DNA of 64,000 nucleotides from Sulfolobales archaeon. Its GTDB lineage: Archaea; Thermoproteota; Thermoprotei_A; Sulfolobales; AG1. A program made the position numbers and the translations under genes. Shown piece after piece: positions 41,312 to 51,723 of this stretch; the stretch's first letter is position 1, and every line of letters starts with the position of its first letter. The notes below the pieces were generated by a model. The model searched no databases, was not told where the DNA came from, and saw only the letters and a program-made list of their open reading frames with translations. The stretch is from NCBI GenBank assembly GCA_038867615.1, contig JAWBYA010000004.1, positions 163,323 through 227,322 on the forward strand. The letters are read 5' to 3'.

Positions 41312-42034
41312 CTAGGGAGAGTGCTTATGTGATCCGCTGATTATAGATTCTATCGCATCGTGGACTTGGGTAAGTGATGTGATTGTGACGTCGGGCTCTA
41401 TCTTAGACAGATCTATGCCTAGAACCCTCGCATACTCCTCGCCAATTGATACGGATCTCCTGACATGTATGGCCTTCAACCCATATTTTTTGGGGTAGTA
41501 AACATCAAAGACTATGTTATCTCCTATGGAGATCTTTATAGGCCCATCGATCGATGTTGTATAAAAACAGCTAGAGCTCTTGAGGCAGCCTTTCTTATCA
41601 GGGCTGAATATCTCTCTAAAATATTGTAGAAGACCGGCTTCTCTGACAACACACTCCTGGTATTTCCAGAACCCGTTTGTTGAGAGTACTAGGTAGAACC
41701 CCATATCCCGTAGCCTCTCCAATACTCTTGGCGCATTGTCGAGAACCTCCACAGAGCTGCATACCTTCTGAAGCTCCTCTAGAAATACATTCTCTCTAGG
41801 CTTTACCCCATTCTCTACGAGCATCTCTGACAATATATAATCCCAATCATATGCTCTTGGATCTCCTGTTTTGACTTTCTCCATATGCTTTTTAGCAAAG
41901 ATCTCCAATACCCTATCTACACTTATCCCCAGGGTTTTCGATACCTCCTCATAAACCTTCGGCATCACTCTCCTGCCAAAGGGGTTGATAACCAGAGTAC
42001 TGTCTAGATCGAAGAATATTATTGCCCTAAACAT
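41312..42034 (-). CDS. HAD-superfamily hydrolase
   Basis: FDLDSTL, STNG and IGDN..FD motifs. Confidence 0.9.
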   Translation of the reverse strand: MFRAIIFFDLDSTLVINPFGRRVMPKVYEEVSKTLGISVDRVLEIFAKKHMEKVKTGDPRAYDWDYILSEMLVENGVKPRENVFLEELQKVCSSVEVLDNAPRVLERLRDMGFYLVLSTNGFWKYQECVVREAGLLQYFREIFSPDKKGCLKSSSCFYTTSIDGPIKISIGDNIVFDVYYPKKYGLKAIHVRRSVSIGEEYARVLGIDLSKIEPDVTITSLTQVHDAIESIISGSHKHSP

Positions 42035-42144
42035 GCTCCCCCCTCCGTTTTACCACTCCCACCAATATAGATTATACTATCTATATACAGTAACTCCTAC
42101 CTTTAGTCAGTCAATAATAGCTCTCTTGCAAGCCATATGTTGGT

Positions 42145-43287
42145 GTGGTTATGGTTAAGGTACGCGAGATCATGAGGGAGGCTTCGGTAACACTGAGGAA
42201 AGACGATACAGTCTCAAAAGCACTATCTGTAATGGTCTCAGAAGGCCTCTGGATTATCCCTGTCGTTAGTGGTGAGGGGAGACTGGTTGGTGTGGTGAGC
42301 TATAGAGAGCTTCTTGAGAGAAGGGTTAGCCCGAGGGCGAGGATCTCGAGCGTAATGTATCCACCATATTCTGTTAACGGTGATGATGATTTTAGTGAGG
42401 CTGTAGGCAGGATCTTCACTCTAAGGGTTAGAGGCATCCCAGTCGTTGATCAGGGAAGATATCTAATAGGCATTATTATGAGGGAGGATGTGATAAGATA
42501 TCTCCTTGACACAAACATGCTCCCAGGAGGGAGGGTATCAAGCATAATGAGCTCGCCCGCTATAACTATAGATGCTGAGGAATCGGTAGCCAGGGCCAGG
42601 ATGGTTATGCTTAAGAATGGTGTGTCAAAGCTCCCAGTAATAGAGAGTGGTAAGCTATATGGGATCGTGAGCATGAGAGATCTTGCCGAGAAGATGTACT
42701 ACGCATTCTACCAGATAGGCTCTAGGAGAACAGGCTTCTACAAAACAGAGGAAGAGATCCTAGCAGCCCCTGTGAAGGAGGTAGCATCATCCCCCGCAGT
42801 CACCGTAGATCAAAACGACCCGGTTAGAAGAGTCGCAGAGCTCATGCTTAGCAAGAGATACTCAGGCTTCCCTGTACTCTCTGAGGGAAGAGTTGTTGGG
42901 ATGGTGAGTAGCTATGATATAATAAAATCCGTTGTCAGGGTAAGAGAAGAGCTCCCAGTCGAGGCAAGGATCTCAGACCTAGAGGCCGAAGACCAGAGAC
43001 AGGCTCTAAACAGACTAATAAGCAACTATATAGCTAAGATCTCCAGGATAACCAAGATCCTTGATATCAAGGTAATAGTCAAAAGACTCTCAAAAGCCGG
43101 AAGCGGGGGTGCCTATATAGTTAACGTATATGTCAAGACAAATCACGATCAATACTCCGTTGAGGAGATAGATAAAGATCCCCTTATGGCTGCAAGAAGA
43201 TCTCTGGATCTTATAGAGAAAAGGATCATTAAACATTACGATAGGCTCAGAACCCTGAAAAGAAGAGAGAAACATGAGATAGAATAA
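42145..43287 (+). CDS. 4xCBS domain protein with C-terminal HPF/RaiA-like domain (candidate ribosome hibernation factor)
   Basis: Four CBS repeats, then about 100 aa with a beta-alpha-beta-beta-beta-alpha pattern ending DPLMAARRSLDLIEKRIIK. Confidence 0.8.
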   Translation: MVMVKVREIMREASVTLRKDDTVSKALSVMVSEGLWIIPVVSGEGRLVGVVSYRELLERRVSPRARISSVMYPPYSVNGDDDFSEAVGRIFTLRVRGIPVVDQGRYLIGIIMREDVIRYLLDTNMLPGGRVSSIMSSPAITIDAEESVARARMVMLKNGVSKLPVIESGKLYGIVSMRDLAEKMYYAFYQIGSRRTGFYKTEEEILAAPVKEVASSPAVTVDQNDPVRRVAELMLSKRYSGFPVLSEGRVVGMVSSYDIIKSVVRVREELPVEARISDLEAEDQRQALNRLISNYIAKISRITKILDIKVIVKRLSKAGSGGAYIVNVYVKTNHDQYSVEEIDKDPLMAARRSLDLIEKRIIKHYDRLRTLKRREKHEIE

Positions 43288-43576
43288 TCGCGTCCCTAAT
43301 CTGCTACCGTTTTGACAGATCTTTTGTTTTTCATAACAGTAGTATTGAATAGCTGAATAAGTATACCTCTATGTATATTCCAAGCATGTCTCCTTCGCGT
43401 AAATATATGAAACAAAGATAAAAGTATTTCCAGAAAACCAAACCGCGTAAAAACCCAAATTATATCGATCTTCTTGGTTGCTGGGCATCTAAGGCTACGA
43501 AGATTTAGCACGAGATGCGGTTCTCTCTGCTAAGTTTTAGGATTTATAGGTTTGTTTTGTGTTTTTAATAATGGTT

Positions 43577-43648
43577 GGGCCCGTAGTCTAGCGGTAGGAC
43601 GCCGCCCTCACGCGGCGGAGGTCCGGGGTTCGAATCCCCGCGGGCCCA
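43577..43648 (+). tRNA. tRNA-Val(CAC)
   Basis: GGGCCCG acceptor, CCGCC-CT-CAC-GC-GGCGG anticodon arm, GGTTCGAATCC T-loop. TTTATAGG at 43543. CCA not encoded. Confidence 0.97.
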
Positions 43649-43858
43649 TTAATAGCTAAGTCGCTAACATCCATAGTTTAGCGGAAGACTTCCATAATAG
43701 TTTGGCAGCAACATAGAATCATCTAAAGATCCATTAATAGTGGTTATGAACAGATAATTACAAATAGAGAGACCATTTCTTGGCAACTAATCAGGGTTAA
43801 CTGAAACAATGCCTAGGTGAGGTTTATAAGTTTACTAGTGCAGGGAATATGGTGAACT

Positions 43859-44491
43859 GTGTTGAAGAGATACGAACTCCCACCCCTTCCTTACGCCTAC
43901 AACGCTCTTGAGCCCTATATAATCGAGGAGATCATGAGGCTTCATCACCAGAGACATCACCAGGCATATGTTAACGGGGCTAATGCTGCCCTTGAGAAGA
44001 TAGAGAAGCATCTCAAGGGAGAGGCCCAGATAGATGTTAGGGCTGTTATGAGGGACTTTAGCTTCAACTATGGAGGACATATCATGCACACCATATTCTG
44101 GCCAAACATGGCTCCCCCAGGGAAGGGGGGCGGTAAGCCTGGCGGTGTCGCTGCGGATCTCATAAACAATACATTTGGTAGTTTCGAAAAGTTCAAGGAG
44201 CTCTTCTCAGCAGCGGCTAAAACTGTTGAGGGTGTGGGCTGGGCTGTGCTAGCCTTTGATCCTCTAACAGAGGAGCTGAGGATCTATCAGGTGGAGAAAC
44301 ACAACCTTCTAATAACCTCGGGAGCTGTGCCTGTGCTTGTTATCGACGTGTGGGAGCATGCGTATTACCTCCAGTATAAGAATGATAGAGGATCCTATGT
44401 TGATAATTGGTGGAACGTAGTTAACTGGGATGATGTCGAGAGAAGGGTTAGGGCTGCCCAGAATCATGGGAGATCTTCTCTAGGCCTTTAA
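43859..44491 (+). CDS. sod: Fe/Mn superoxide dismutase
   Basis: LPPLPYAYNALEP, HHQRHH, FNYGGH and DVWEHAYYLQY motifs. Confidence 0.97.
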   Translation: MLKRYELPPLPYAYNALEPYIIEEIMRLHHQRHHQAYVNGANAALEKIEKHLKGEAQIDVRAVMRDFSFNYGGHIMHTIFWPNMAPPGKGGGKPGGVAADLINNTFGSFEKFKELFSAAAKTVEGVGWAVLAFDPLTEELRIYQVEKHNLLITSGAVPVLVIDVWEHAYYLQYKNDRGSYVDNWWNVVNWDDVERRVRAAQNHGRSSLGL

Positions 44492-44550
44492 CGTTCAGAG
44501 CTATAAGTTTTTAACCCACCAACACTCCCTATTATATTTAGAGTGGGATT

Positions 44551-45063
44551 TTGAGCAATATAGCTGGTTTTGGAACGCTAGAGCATAACGTTGCTATAGC
44601 CCTGGGTATCTGGGAGCATCTAGAGAGAATGCTTGGAGAGCTTTATGATAGGCTATCCCGTGTTGTTTTCACTCCCGAGAAGATATTACTGAAATACATG
44701 TCAGAGATGTGTGAAAGGCACGCTGAATATATAGCAAGGCTTTACTATGAGTACGAGGCTTTAGAGAAAAGACTATCCACAGAAGAGCTGAGGGAGATAG
44801 ATAAAGCCTCTAGAAAGGTTCTAAAAGATATGGAGGAGGTCTATCTAAGGGCAAGGAATCTCCTAGACCCTCTAGAACTAGCACTAGCTATAGAGGAGAT
44901 GGAGAAGATGAGCGATGTGGTTAGAGATAGCTACAGCATACTCAGAGAGCACGGGGATGATGAGGCATGGTATATAGGGAAACTCATAGACATGATCACG
45001 AGCGAGACGAGGATTAGGAGAGAAATTCTAGGAGAAGTGGTGAAGAGGTTAGGCTCCAGGTGA
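44551..45063 (+). CDS. Ferritin-like four-helix-bundle protein
   Basis: E..L..LY, CERH and EEME pattern with partly degenerate diiron ligands; overlaps the helicase start (GTGA). Confidence 0.6.
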   Translation: MSNIAGFGTLEHNVAIALGIWEHLERMLGELYDRLSRVVFTPEKILLKYMSEMCERHAEYIARLYYEYEALEKRLSTEELREIDKASRKVLKDMEEVYLRARNLLDPLELALAIEEMEKMSDVVRDSYSILREHGDDEAWYIGKLIDMITSETRIRREILGEVVKRLGSR

Positions 45064-47207
45064 AAAGCTCTGCGTGCCCCGAAAAACCGATCCCTGTAGA
45101 GGAGCTAGAGATCCCTGATAATATCAGAGAAGTCATCATCAAGAAGGGCTATAAAAGCCTAACACCGCCCCAAGCAGAAGCTATAAGGCAAGGCCTATTA
45201 AGTGGCAAAAGCATGGTAGTATCGGCACCAACAGCAAGTGGAAAGACGTTTATAGCTGAGCTAGCAATGATCAACGCATATCTAAACAGTGGTATGGGGA
45301 TCTATACATGCCCGCTAAAAGCTCTCGCTAACGAGAAATACGCCGAGTTCAAGGCGTGGGAAAAATTTCTAGGACTGCGGGTTGGTATAAGCACTGGCGA
45401 TTATGATAACGCTGGAGAGGATCTAGAGGGATACGATCTTGTGGTAACAACATATGAAAGGCTTGACTCGCTATTACGCCATAAACCAGGCTGGCTATCT
45501 AGGGTGAGGGTGATTGTAATTGATGAGATACACGAAGTCGGGGATCCTGAGAGAGGACCGGCGATAGAGATGATCGTCGCCAGGGCTCTCAAGCTAGGCT
45601 CCCAGATAGTCGGGCTCAGCGCAACCATAGGGAATCCGTGGGATCTATCATCATGGGTTAGGGGAGAGCTTATTGTTTGTGAGTGGAGGCCTGTCCCTCT
45701 CATCCAGGGTTATTACGATAGATCATCTAATAAGGTTTACTACGAGGATGGAAGAGTTGAGGACATTAAGGGGGATCTTATAGGCTATATGGTTTCTAAA
45801 GCCTATCTCGACGATCAACAACTCCTAGTGTTTAGGCATTCCAGGAGAGAGGCCGAGTCGATGGCTAGAAGCATAGCTGAGAAACTCGGACTTTTAGTAT
45901 CGTCTTTCAGAAACCAACCCAACGCCAAGACCCTTGTCGAAGAGCTTAGGGAGAGAGCCTCTACTAGGTATGAATACGAATCCCTCTCACCACTGATCCT
46001 CAAAGGGGTTGCTTATCACCACGCAGGATTATCACACGGATCCAGAGTCGTTATAGAGAAAGGTTTTAGGGAAAGGATCCTCAAGGTTGTTGTAGCAACA
46101 CCAACCCTAGCCGCAGGGGTTAATCTGCCTGCTAGAAGGGTTATTATGTATACTAGGAGATACTCGGAGGATGGTTATGATGATATAAGTGTTATGGAGT
46201 ATAAGCAGATGGCTGGCAGGGCTGGCAGACCCCAGTACGACCCTTACGGCGAGGTCATAATAGCGGATAGAACTCCCAGAGATGCTATGAGATATATAAA
46301 GGGATCTCCAGAGAATGTAGAATCAGCGCTATCAAGCGAGAGAAGCTTGAGGATACACTTATTATCATTAATAGCATCCGGATATGCCGAGAACGAGAAC
46401 GAGTTAAACGAGATCTTCTCCCTAACACTCTACGGATCTCGCGGAGGCGTGCTTGCTAGCCCCTCTATAAAGAGGATCATAGATGATCTGAGTAGCTGGG
46501 GCATGGTTAAGGTATTGAGAGGGGGTTTAAAGCCAACATCTCTGGGCCTTGTTGTTGCAAGACAATACATAGACCCACTCACTGCCAAGAGATCCCTGGA
46601 TATTATGAAGACTAAGAGCAATGCTGCTAGCGAGCTATGGTACTTGCACCTAGTAACCTATACCCCTGATTTTCTCAGAAGCATTACAAGGAGATCTGGT
46701 TATAGGGAGTATGAAGAGGATGCCATGAGATCTTTAGAAGCGGGAGAGATCCCTCCAGCCCATGACGAGGATCTATTTGGCGAGGAGTGGCTCATAGCAT
46801 ATAGATATGCAAGAGTCCTTGAGGCTTGGATTAATGAGGAGAGCGAGGATGCCATACTAGAGAGGTATAAGATCATGCCAGGCGATCTGAGGGTTATTGT
46901 AGAGACGGCTACATGGATCTCGCATGCCCTTAGCGCGGTCTCGTCAGTAATGCCTGACACAAGGCATCATTCGAAGGTGCTTGAAAGAATAGCTATAAGG
47001 ATAGAGAATGGCGTAAAGGAGGAGCTGTTACCGTTGATAAGGATCCGGGGTGTGGGGAGGGTCAGGGCTAGGATACTATATAACGCTGGTATAAAGAGCA
47101 TAGACGATCTCAGGAGAACAGATCCTAAGAGGCTTCTAAGCCTCAGAGGCTTTGGAGAAGCCCTTGTAAGGCAGATCTATGAGGAGATAGCTTCTTACGA
47201 GAAATGA
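45060..47207 (+). CDS. hel308: Hel308/Hjm (Ski2-like) DNA helicase
   Basis: APTASGKT, DEIH, LSATIGN, HHAGL, GVNLPA, QMAGRAGRP and C-terminal GVGRVRAR HhH. Confidence 0.94.
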   Translation: MKSSACPEKPIPVEELEIPDNIREVIIKKGYKSLTPPQAEAIRQGLLSGKSMVVSAPTASGKTFIAELAMINAYLNSGMGIYTCPLKALANEKYAEFKAWEKFLGLRVGISTGDYDNAGEDLEGYDLVVTTYERLDSLLRHKPGWLSRVRVIVIDEIHEVGDPERGPAIEMIVARALKLGSQIVGLSATIGNPWDLSSWVRGELIVCEWRPVPLIQGYYDRSSNKVYYEDGRVEDIKGDLIGYMVSKAYLDDQQLLVFRHSRREAESMARSIAEKLGLLVSSFRNQPNAKTLVEELRERASTRYEYESLSPLILKGVAYHHAGLSHGSRVVIEKGFRERILKVVVATPTLAAGVNLPARRVIMYTRRYSEDGYDDISVMEYKQMAGRAGRPQYDPYGEVIIADRTPRDAMRYIKGSPENVESALSSERSLRIHLLSLIASGYAENENELNEIFSLTLYGSRGGVLASPSIKRIIDDLSSWGMVKVLRGGLKPTSLGLVVARQYIDPLTAKRSLDIMKTKSNAASELWYLHLVTYTPDFLRSITRRSGYREYEEDAMRSLEAGEIPPAHDEDLFGEEWLIAYRYARVLEAWINEESEDAILERYKIMPGDLRVIVETATWISHALSAVSSVMPDTRHHSKVLERIAIRIENGVKEELLPLIRIRGVGRVRARILYNAGIKSIDDLRRTDPKRLLSLRGFGEALVRQIYEEIASYEK

Positions 47208-47272
47208 GTAACAAGGATAAGAGGATCATTTGAGCTTTTAAGCATATATCCCTCTAACCACTTCTCTCAGTA

Positions 47273-48301
47273 GTGATTATCTTGAGAGTAGGTGTCGCCA
47301 TAATAGGCTTTGGCAATGTTGGGAGAGAGCTGTCAAGGGTTCTTGCTAGAAAGGCAGAGATCCTAAAGGCAGAGATGGGTGTCGAGATATATGTGAAGGG
47401 CGTAGTAGCATCCAAGGGGTATGTTGCCTTAGGGCGAGACTGGAGGAAAGAAATCCTGGATCTTGCTTCCAGGTATGAGCTAGGAGATAGAGGGTTTCTA
47501 CGCGATTCAGGAGATCCTTTAGAGCTTGTGGATCTCGCATCCCCCGATCTTGCCTTCGTAGCAATACCACCATCATACACCACTGGAGAGCCTAACCTCA
47601 CCATCTACAGAGGCCTCCTAAAGAAGGGTGTGAGCATCATAACTGCTGATAAGACAGGACTAGCATTGAGATACGATGAATTGTTCAGAGAGGCTAGAAG
47701 AAGGGGTATCTATATAGGATATAGGGCTACCGTGATGGCCGGTACTCCAGCAATAGACGTTATCACCGGTCTCGTTGGCAGAGAGATAAAACGGATCAGG
47801 GGTGTTCTTAACGCAACAACAAACTATATACTATCCCTCGTTGAGAAAGGTTTAAGCTTTGATGAAGCAGTATCGAAAGCCGTGGCTGAAAAACTAGCAG
47901 AACCAGACCCACGCATAGACACAGAGGGGTTCGACCCCTCTGCAAAACTAGCAATACTTGTTAACAGTGCCGGTGTGAAAATAAGCATAGAGAATATAAG
48001 AAGAACATCTCTAACTAGTGTGCCAGAGAATATGGTGAGAGAGGCTGCTAGATCTGGCAGACGTGTTAAATATATAGCTATAGCCGATATGGAGAGAAAA
48101 ACATTCTCGGTATCTCCAGAGATACTGGAACCAGAAGATCCTTTGTCAAACGTCTCGGGCAACTATAATGGACTATCTATAGACATTGAAGGAGAAAAGA
48201 TCCTGCTGACAGGCCCTGCAGGACCGGCATGGAGAACCGCAGGAGTTATGTTCACAGACCTTATCTCATATCTGAACCAAAGGCAAAGGTTAGAGCCTTG
48301 A
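47273..48301 (+). CDS. hom: Homoserine dehydrogenase
   Basis: GFGNVG, ATVMAGTP, NATTNYIL, AEPDP..D..G.D..AK and GPAGP motifs. Confidence 0.92.
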   Translation: MIILRVGVAIIGFGNVGRELSRVLARKAEILKAEMGVEIYVKGVVASKGYVALGRDWRKEILDLASRYELGDRGFLRDSGDPLELVDLASPDLAFVAIPPSYTTGEPNLTIYRGLLKKGVSIITADKTGLALRYDELFREARRRGIYIGYRATVMAGTPAIDVITGLVGREIKRIRGVLNATTNYILSLVEKGLSFDEAVSKAVAEKLAEPDPRIDTEGFDPSAKLAILVNSAGVKISIENIRRTSLTSVPENMVREAARSGRRVKYIAIADMERKTFSVSPEILEPEDPLSNVSGNYNGLSIDIEGEKILLTGPAGPAWRTAGVMFTDLISYLNQRQRLEP

Positions 48302-48536
48302 AACAGTTAATATCTTTTGATACTAACTGCTCAATCCCAGCCTCAAAGTTCCCATGATTTATTACATCGAATCCCGTATAGTTTGGCTTTAGTCTATTCG
48401 ATGCGGCCCGGCTTAAGGCTCACCTTTCAGATCACCTCTAGCCTAATGCTTGGATAACATCTATTCCGTGTTTTAATAACATCCATACATAGATGGTTTT
48501 AAAGACCTAGTAATACTCTTACTTGGGCAGCGATTA

Positions 48537-48950
48537 TTGCTTGATGAAAGCGAGTTCGCAAGATGGGTTAAAAGCGCGTTACGAACTCTTGAATCAGCTA
48601 GAGTGGATCACGCTCATGGTTTTTACAGCTGGGCATGTTTCAAATCACACCAAGCAGCAAAGAAGGCGCTCAAAGCACTGTTATGGGGATTAGGAAGCCC
48701 ACGCATAGGCCACTCACTACCAGCTCTTCTATCGGAGTTGGGTAGTTTGTTAGGAGAGCTGCCCGGAGATATCAGGGAGTATTGCATAAGGTTGAACAAG
48801 TACTATATACCTACTAGATACCCAGATGTGTGGAGTGAAGGAATACCTGAGGATCAATATTCGGAGAAAGAGTCTTTAGAAGCTATAGCAATGGCCGAAG
48901 AGATATTGAAGTGGGTGGAGAAAACATGGAGGCTATTAAGGAAAGAATGA
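48537..48950 (+). CDS. HEPN domain protein (HEPN-MNT toxin-antitoxin pair)
   Basis: WACFKSHQAAKKALKA, GHSL and YIPTRYPD motifs. Confidence 0.9.
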   Translation: MLDESEFARWVKSALRTLESARVDHAHGFYSWACFKSHQAAKKALKALLWGLGSPRIGHSLPALLSELGSLLGELPGDIREYCIRLNKYYIPTRYPDVWSEGIPEDQYSEKESLEAIAMAEEILKWVEKTWRLLRKE

Positions 48951-49312
48951 GGAAACGCGATCTATATATTAAAAATGCGCGAATATTCGCTGAGTGCGTG
49001 ATAAATATACTTAGTAGCTCAACAATATTAGTCTTTGGCAGCGTGTCTAGAGGGGATTTCAATGAGTGGAGTGATATAGATATCCTCATAATAACACGAG
49101 ACACGATCCCTCAAAAACCCTCAGAGAGGCTTGATGTGATACATGAGTGCATGAGAGAAAATCCACTAGTAGAGCCGGTAATTATAACTCTTAACGAGTT
49201 CTACAAACTCCTTGCCAAGAGGAACCCATTAGTAATTGAAGCGCTAGAAAAAGGAACAGTTCTGATCGATAGACTAGGTTTAAAAGATCGCCCACCCACA
49301 CCAGATCGTTAG
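48926..49312 (+). CDS. Minimal nucleotidyltransferase (MNT)
   Basis: FGSVSRGDFNEWSDIDIL; overlaps the HEPN gene. Confidence 0.92.
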   Translation: MEAIKERMRKRDLYIKNARIFAECVINILSSSTILVFGSVSRGDFNEWSDIDILIITRDTIPQKPSERLDVIHECMRENPLVEPVIITLNEFYKLLAKRNPLVIEALEKGTVLIDRLGLKDRPPTPDR

Positions 49313-49559
49313 TCTATGATAAATTAAAGCCTTCAGTAAAAGAGAGCTTTCTCACAATACCCATGGAATAAGTCTCTACCATTATAACCAGTAAAACTAG
49401 AGTTCTAGCTTACCCTAGTCTCCAAGCCCAGAAGTATTAAGCTAATATTTAAACGCGTTAAACCAGAAACACTAACTGGATCTTTATAATATCTATCTTT
49501 AAACATTATTCCCAAGACCATGCCAGAGCCTTTCCCAAGAGACGCGATAGTGTATTTAG

Positions 49560-49633
49560 TGGGGCCGCGGGGATTTGAACCCCGGACCACGAGGGCCCAA
49601 GCCTCGCATCCTACCAAGCTAGACTACGGCCCC
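49560..49633 (-). tRNA. tRNA-Pro(UGG)
   Basis: GGGGCCG acceptor, CGAGG-CT-TGG-GC-CCTCG anticodon arm, GGTTCAAATCC T-loop. CCA not encoded. Confidence 0.97.
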
Positions 49634-49748
49634 TATTATAGTAATAATCGATATGGGCTATAAGGGTTTTTATCTGCTAACCATCTTTGTTGCGCCGTGC
49701 TCCATCTCGAGATCTTTATCAATGCCTAAAACCCTGGAAGGAGCAGAG

Positions 49749-50552
49749 CTATCTACATCCATCTCTAAATGCTATCATTGATACCCATATTTTTTCTGAT
49801 AGCTGCTTTGCTCGGAAAAGACTTTTATCGAAGCATCCTTCTATACGAAGTAGTTCGTAAACAGGCTCACGATCATTTATAAGGACCAGTCTGTTCATTC
49901 CGCTATTCTTGATTTTCTGTATTGTTTCTTTTACTATCATATGCCTTTCACAGAGCTTTACATTGGCAACATTTATAGCTGCGGTATTGCTTTTTTGAAT
50001 CGTGGCTGATAGCTTCTCTTCCATTCTGTTAACAAGCCCGAGCATCCTCTCACGGAATCTCCCTCCTAAACCCTCTTCAATCTCTTTGAACATATGATCG
50101 ATTACTTGATCATTGATCCCGGCCCTTGACACAGCATCGAGAAATCCAGTGAATACCGTCTTCTCTTCATCCTCCATGTGATCCTCCATGGCCTCATAAT
50201 AGATGGCAGCCCTCGATGCAAGATCCCTTTCCCAATCGCCTAAATCATAGGCTATAATGAGATCTTTAAACATATCTCTAAGAATTATATGGCATTCCGT
50301 AAAAACCTTACGCAACCTATACCCATTAGTAGCTAGCGGTCCTATTAAAACTGCCAGAGTCTCTTCCTTCCTATAGTGGTACGAGCCTATGAATACATCT
50401 TCAAACTCCTTATACAGGGGTAACACTTGCTCGATGAGATCTCTCTCGCCAAGTATATACGTTGATGATGCTGATAGCAACAACGTGTTCAAAGCCCTCC
50501 TAATAATCCTGTGCTCGTCAAAAAGCGTATCGAGCCACTTAGGATTTTTCAA
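49749..50552 (-). CDS. Hemerythrin/HHE domain protein with C-terminal DUF2249-like domain
   Basis: EH, HYRKEE, H and HMEDEE ligands; tail INV...ERH...LINDREP. Confidence 0.75.
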   Translation of the reverse strand: MKNPKWLDTLFDEHRIIRRALNTLLLSASSTYILGERDLIEQVLPLYKEFEDVFIGSYHYRKEETLAVLIGPLATNGYRLRKVFTECHIILRDMFKDLIIAYDLGDWERDLASRAAIYYEAMEDHMEDEEKTVFTGFLDAVSRAGINDQVIDHMFKEIEEGLGGRFRERMLGLVNRMEEKLSATIQKSNTAAINVANVKLCERHMIVKETIQKIKNSGMNRLVLINDREPVYELLRIEGCFDKSLFRAKQLSEKIWVSMIAFRDGCR

Positions 50553-51157
50553 AACAGATTAACACCCCCAATTATTATATTGCAATTTAGGGTATATATA
50601 CATACACATAACTATAAATCTGTATAAGTTAATATGACAAACGGTTTATATGTAAAGTAGCACATCCCCGGGAGGAGCGTTATGGTGCTTGTAAATGCTT
50701 AGCCCTATCGATAATGCTGGTTCCACTCGCAGAAACATCTATCCCTGCTACACGAATAATCATTCCAAAGAGTTAAGTAGAATACTGCGCAACCACTACT
50801 AGGTTTATATCTATGCATACTAGGAAGAACTACTTAAATATGTCCTCAAATCCTTCGCAGATGTGCGGTACTGTTCCATTGGTTCTTTCACTAACAAAGG
50901 TTAGAATCATATTAAGAGGAACCAAGAGGAACTCACAGTAACCCTGTATCTCTCCATAATCCTCAATCCATAAAGCCCACCCAGGGTTGGGTTTCATTTG
51001 CTAGTTGATATAGATTCTCTTCTCTTTGCCCCATAGACACCAGGATCTGTTAATTGGTTGTCCTCCATAACCCTGTTCTAGTCTTTAAACAACGCTAGGT
51101 CCCACTGTGCCAAATATAGACTTTTAAGTATCGGTGCGGTTTTGATCTTGTGGCAAT

Positions 51158-51691
51158 ATGGATCGCATAAATAAGATCAGCCTCATAATGCTAGCAATAA
51201 CACTAATATCTGTAGTAATCGTGTATTCGTTAAATAACCCAGTCGGTGTGATAAGGATTGGGGGGATTTTCTCGCTTGCCAAGAAAGTTGAGATGAACCC
51301 AAGCATGGTAAACATAGACCTGGGCGTTATAAGCGAGGGCCAAGGCTCGAAATCCTTCGACAATGTAGCCAAGCTTATCGTTCGAAACAGCTCAAAAATC
51401 ATGGCCAAGGCTAGCCCTACCCATGGTTATTCACCATCTGGTGATAACATATCACTAATTATAAATGGAGAGATAACCCTCAGTGGTAGCAATAAGAAAT
51501 ACATCATACAGATGCCGTGTCTCTACTCGATAGGAGGATGCTACAGAATCCTCGTGCTGATACCTGGATACGATGCACCAATGGATATAGATCCGGGCGA
51601 GTATACTGTTAACCTCAAGATAAGCTGGACAGCCCAGGGTAGTGGGAAGGTCGATGTAAACCTATCTATACAGATCATAGAGACTGATTAA
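51158..51691 (+). CDS. Hypothetical exported or membrane-anchored beta-rich protein
   Basis: N-terminal hydrophobic helix followed by beta-strand-rich sequence. Confidence 0.7.
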   Translation: MDRINKISLIMLAITLISVVIVYSLNNPVGVIRIGGIFSLAKKVEMNPSMVNIDLGVISEGQGSKSFDNVAKLIVRNSSKIMAKASPTHGYSPSGDNISLIINGEITLSGSNKKYIIQMPCLYSIGGCYRILVLIPGYDAPMDIDPGEYTVNLKISWTAQGSGKVDVNLSIQIIETD

Positions 51692-51723
51692 TAAACAAAC
51701 AGCCTTCCATAACCGCTAAATTA

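Noticed and set aside
43290-43570. AT-rich gap with TTCCAGAAAAC resembling an ORB
   Set aside because: Single poor match, no cdc6/whiP nearby and no inverted partner.
36798-51020. Further weak repeat-like matches at about 36800, 48370 and 50950
   Set aside because: Only one block matches in each; not distinguishable from chance without a model.
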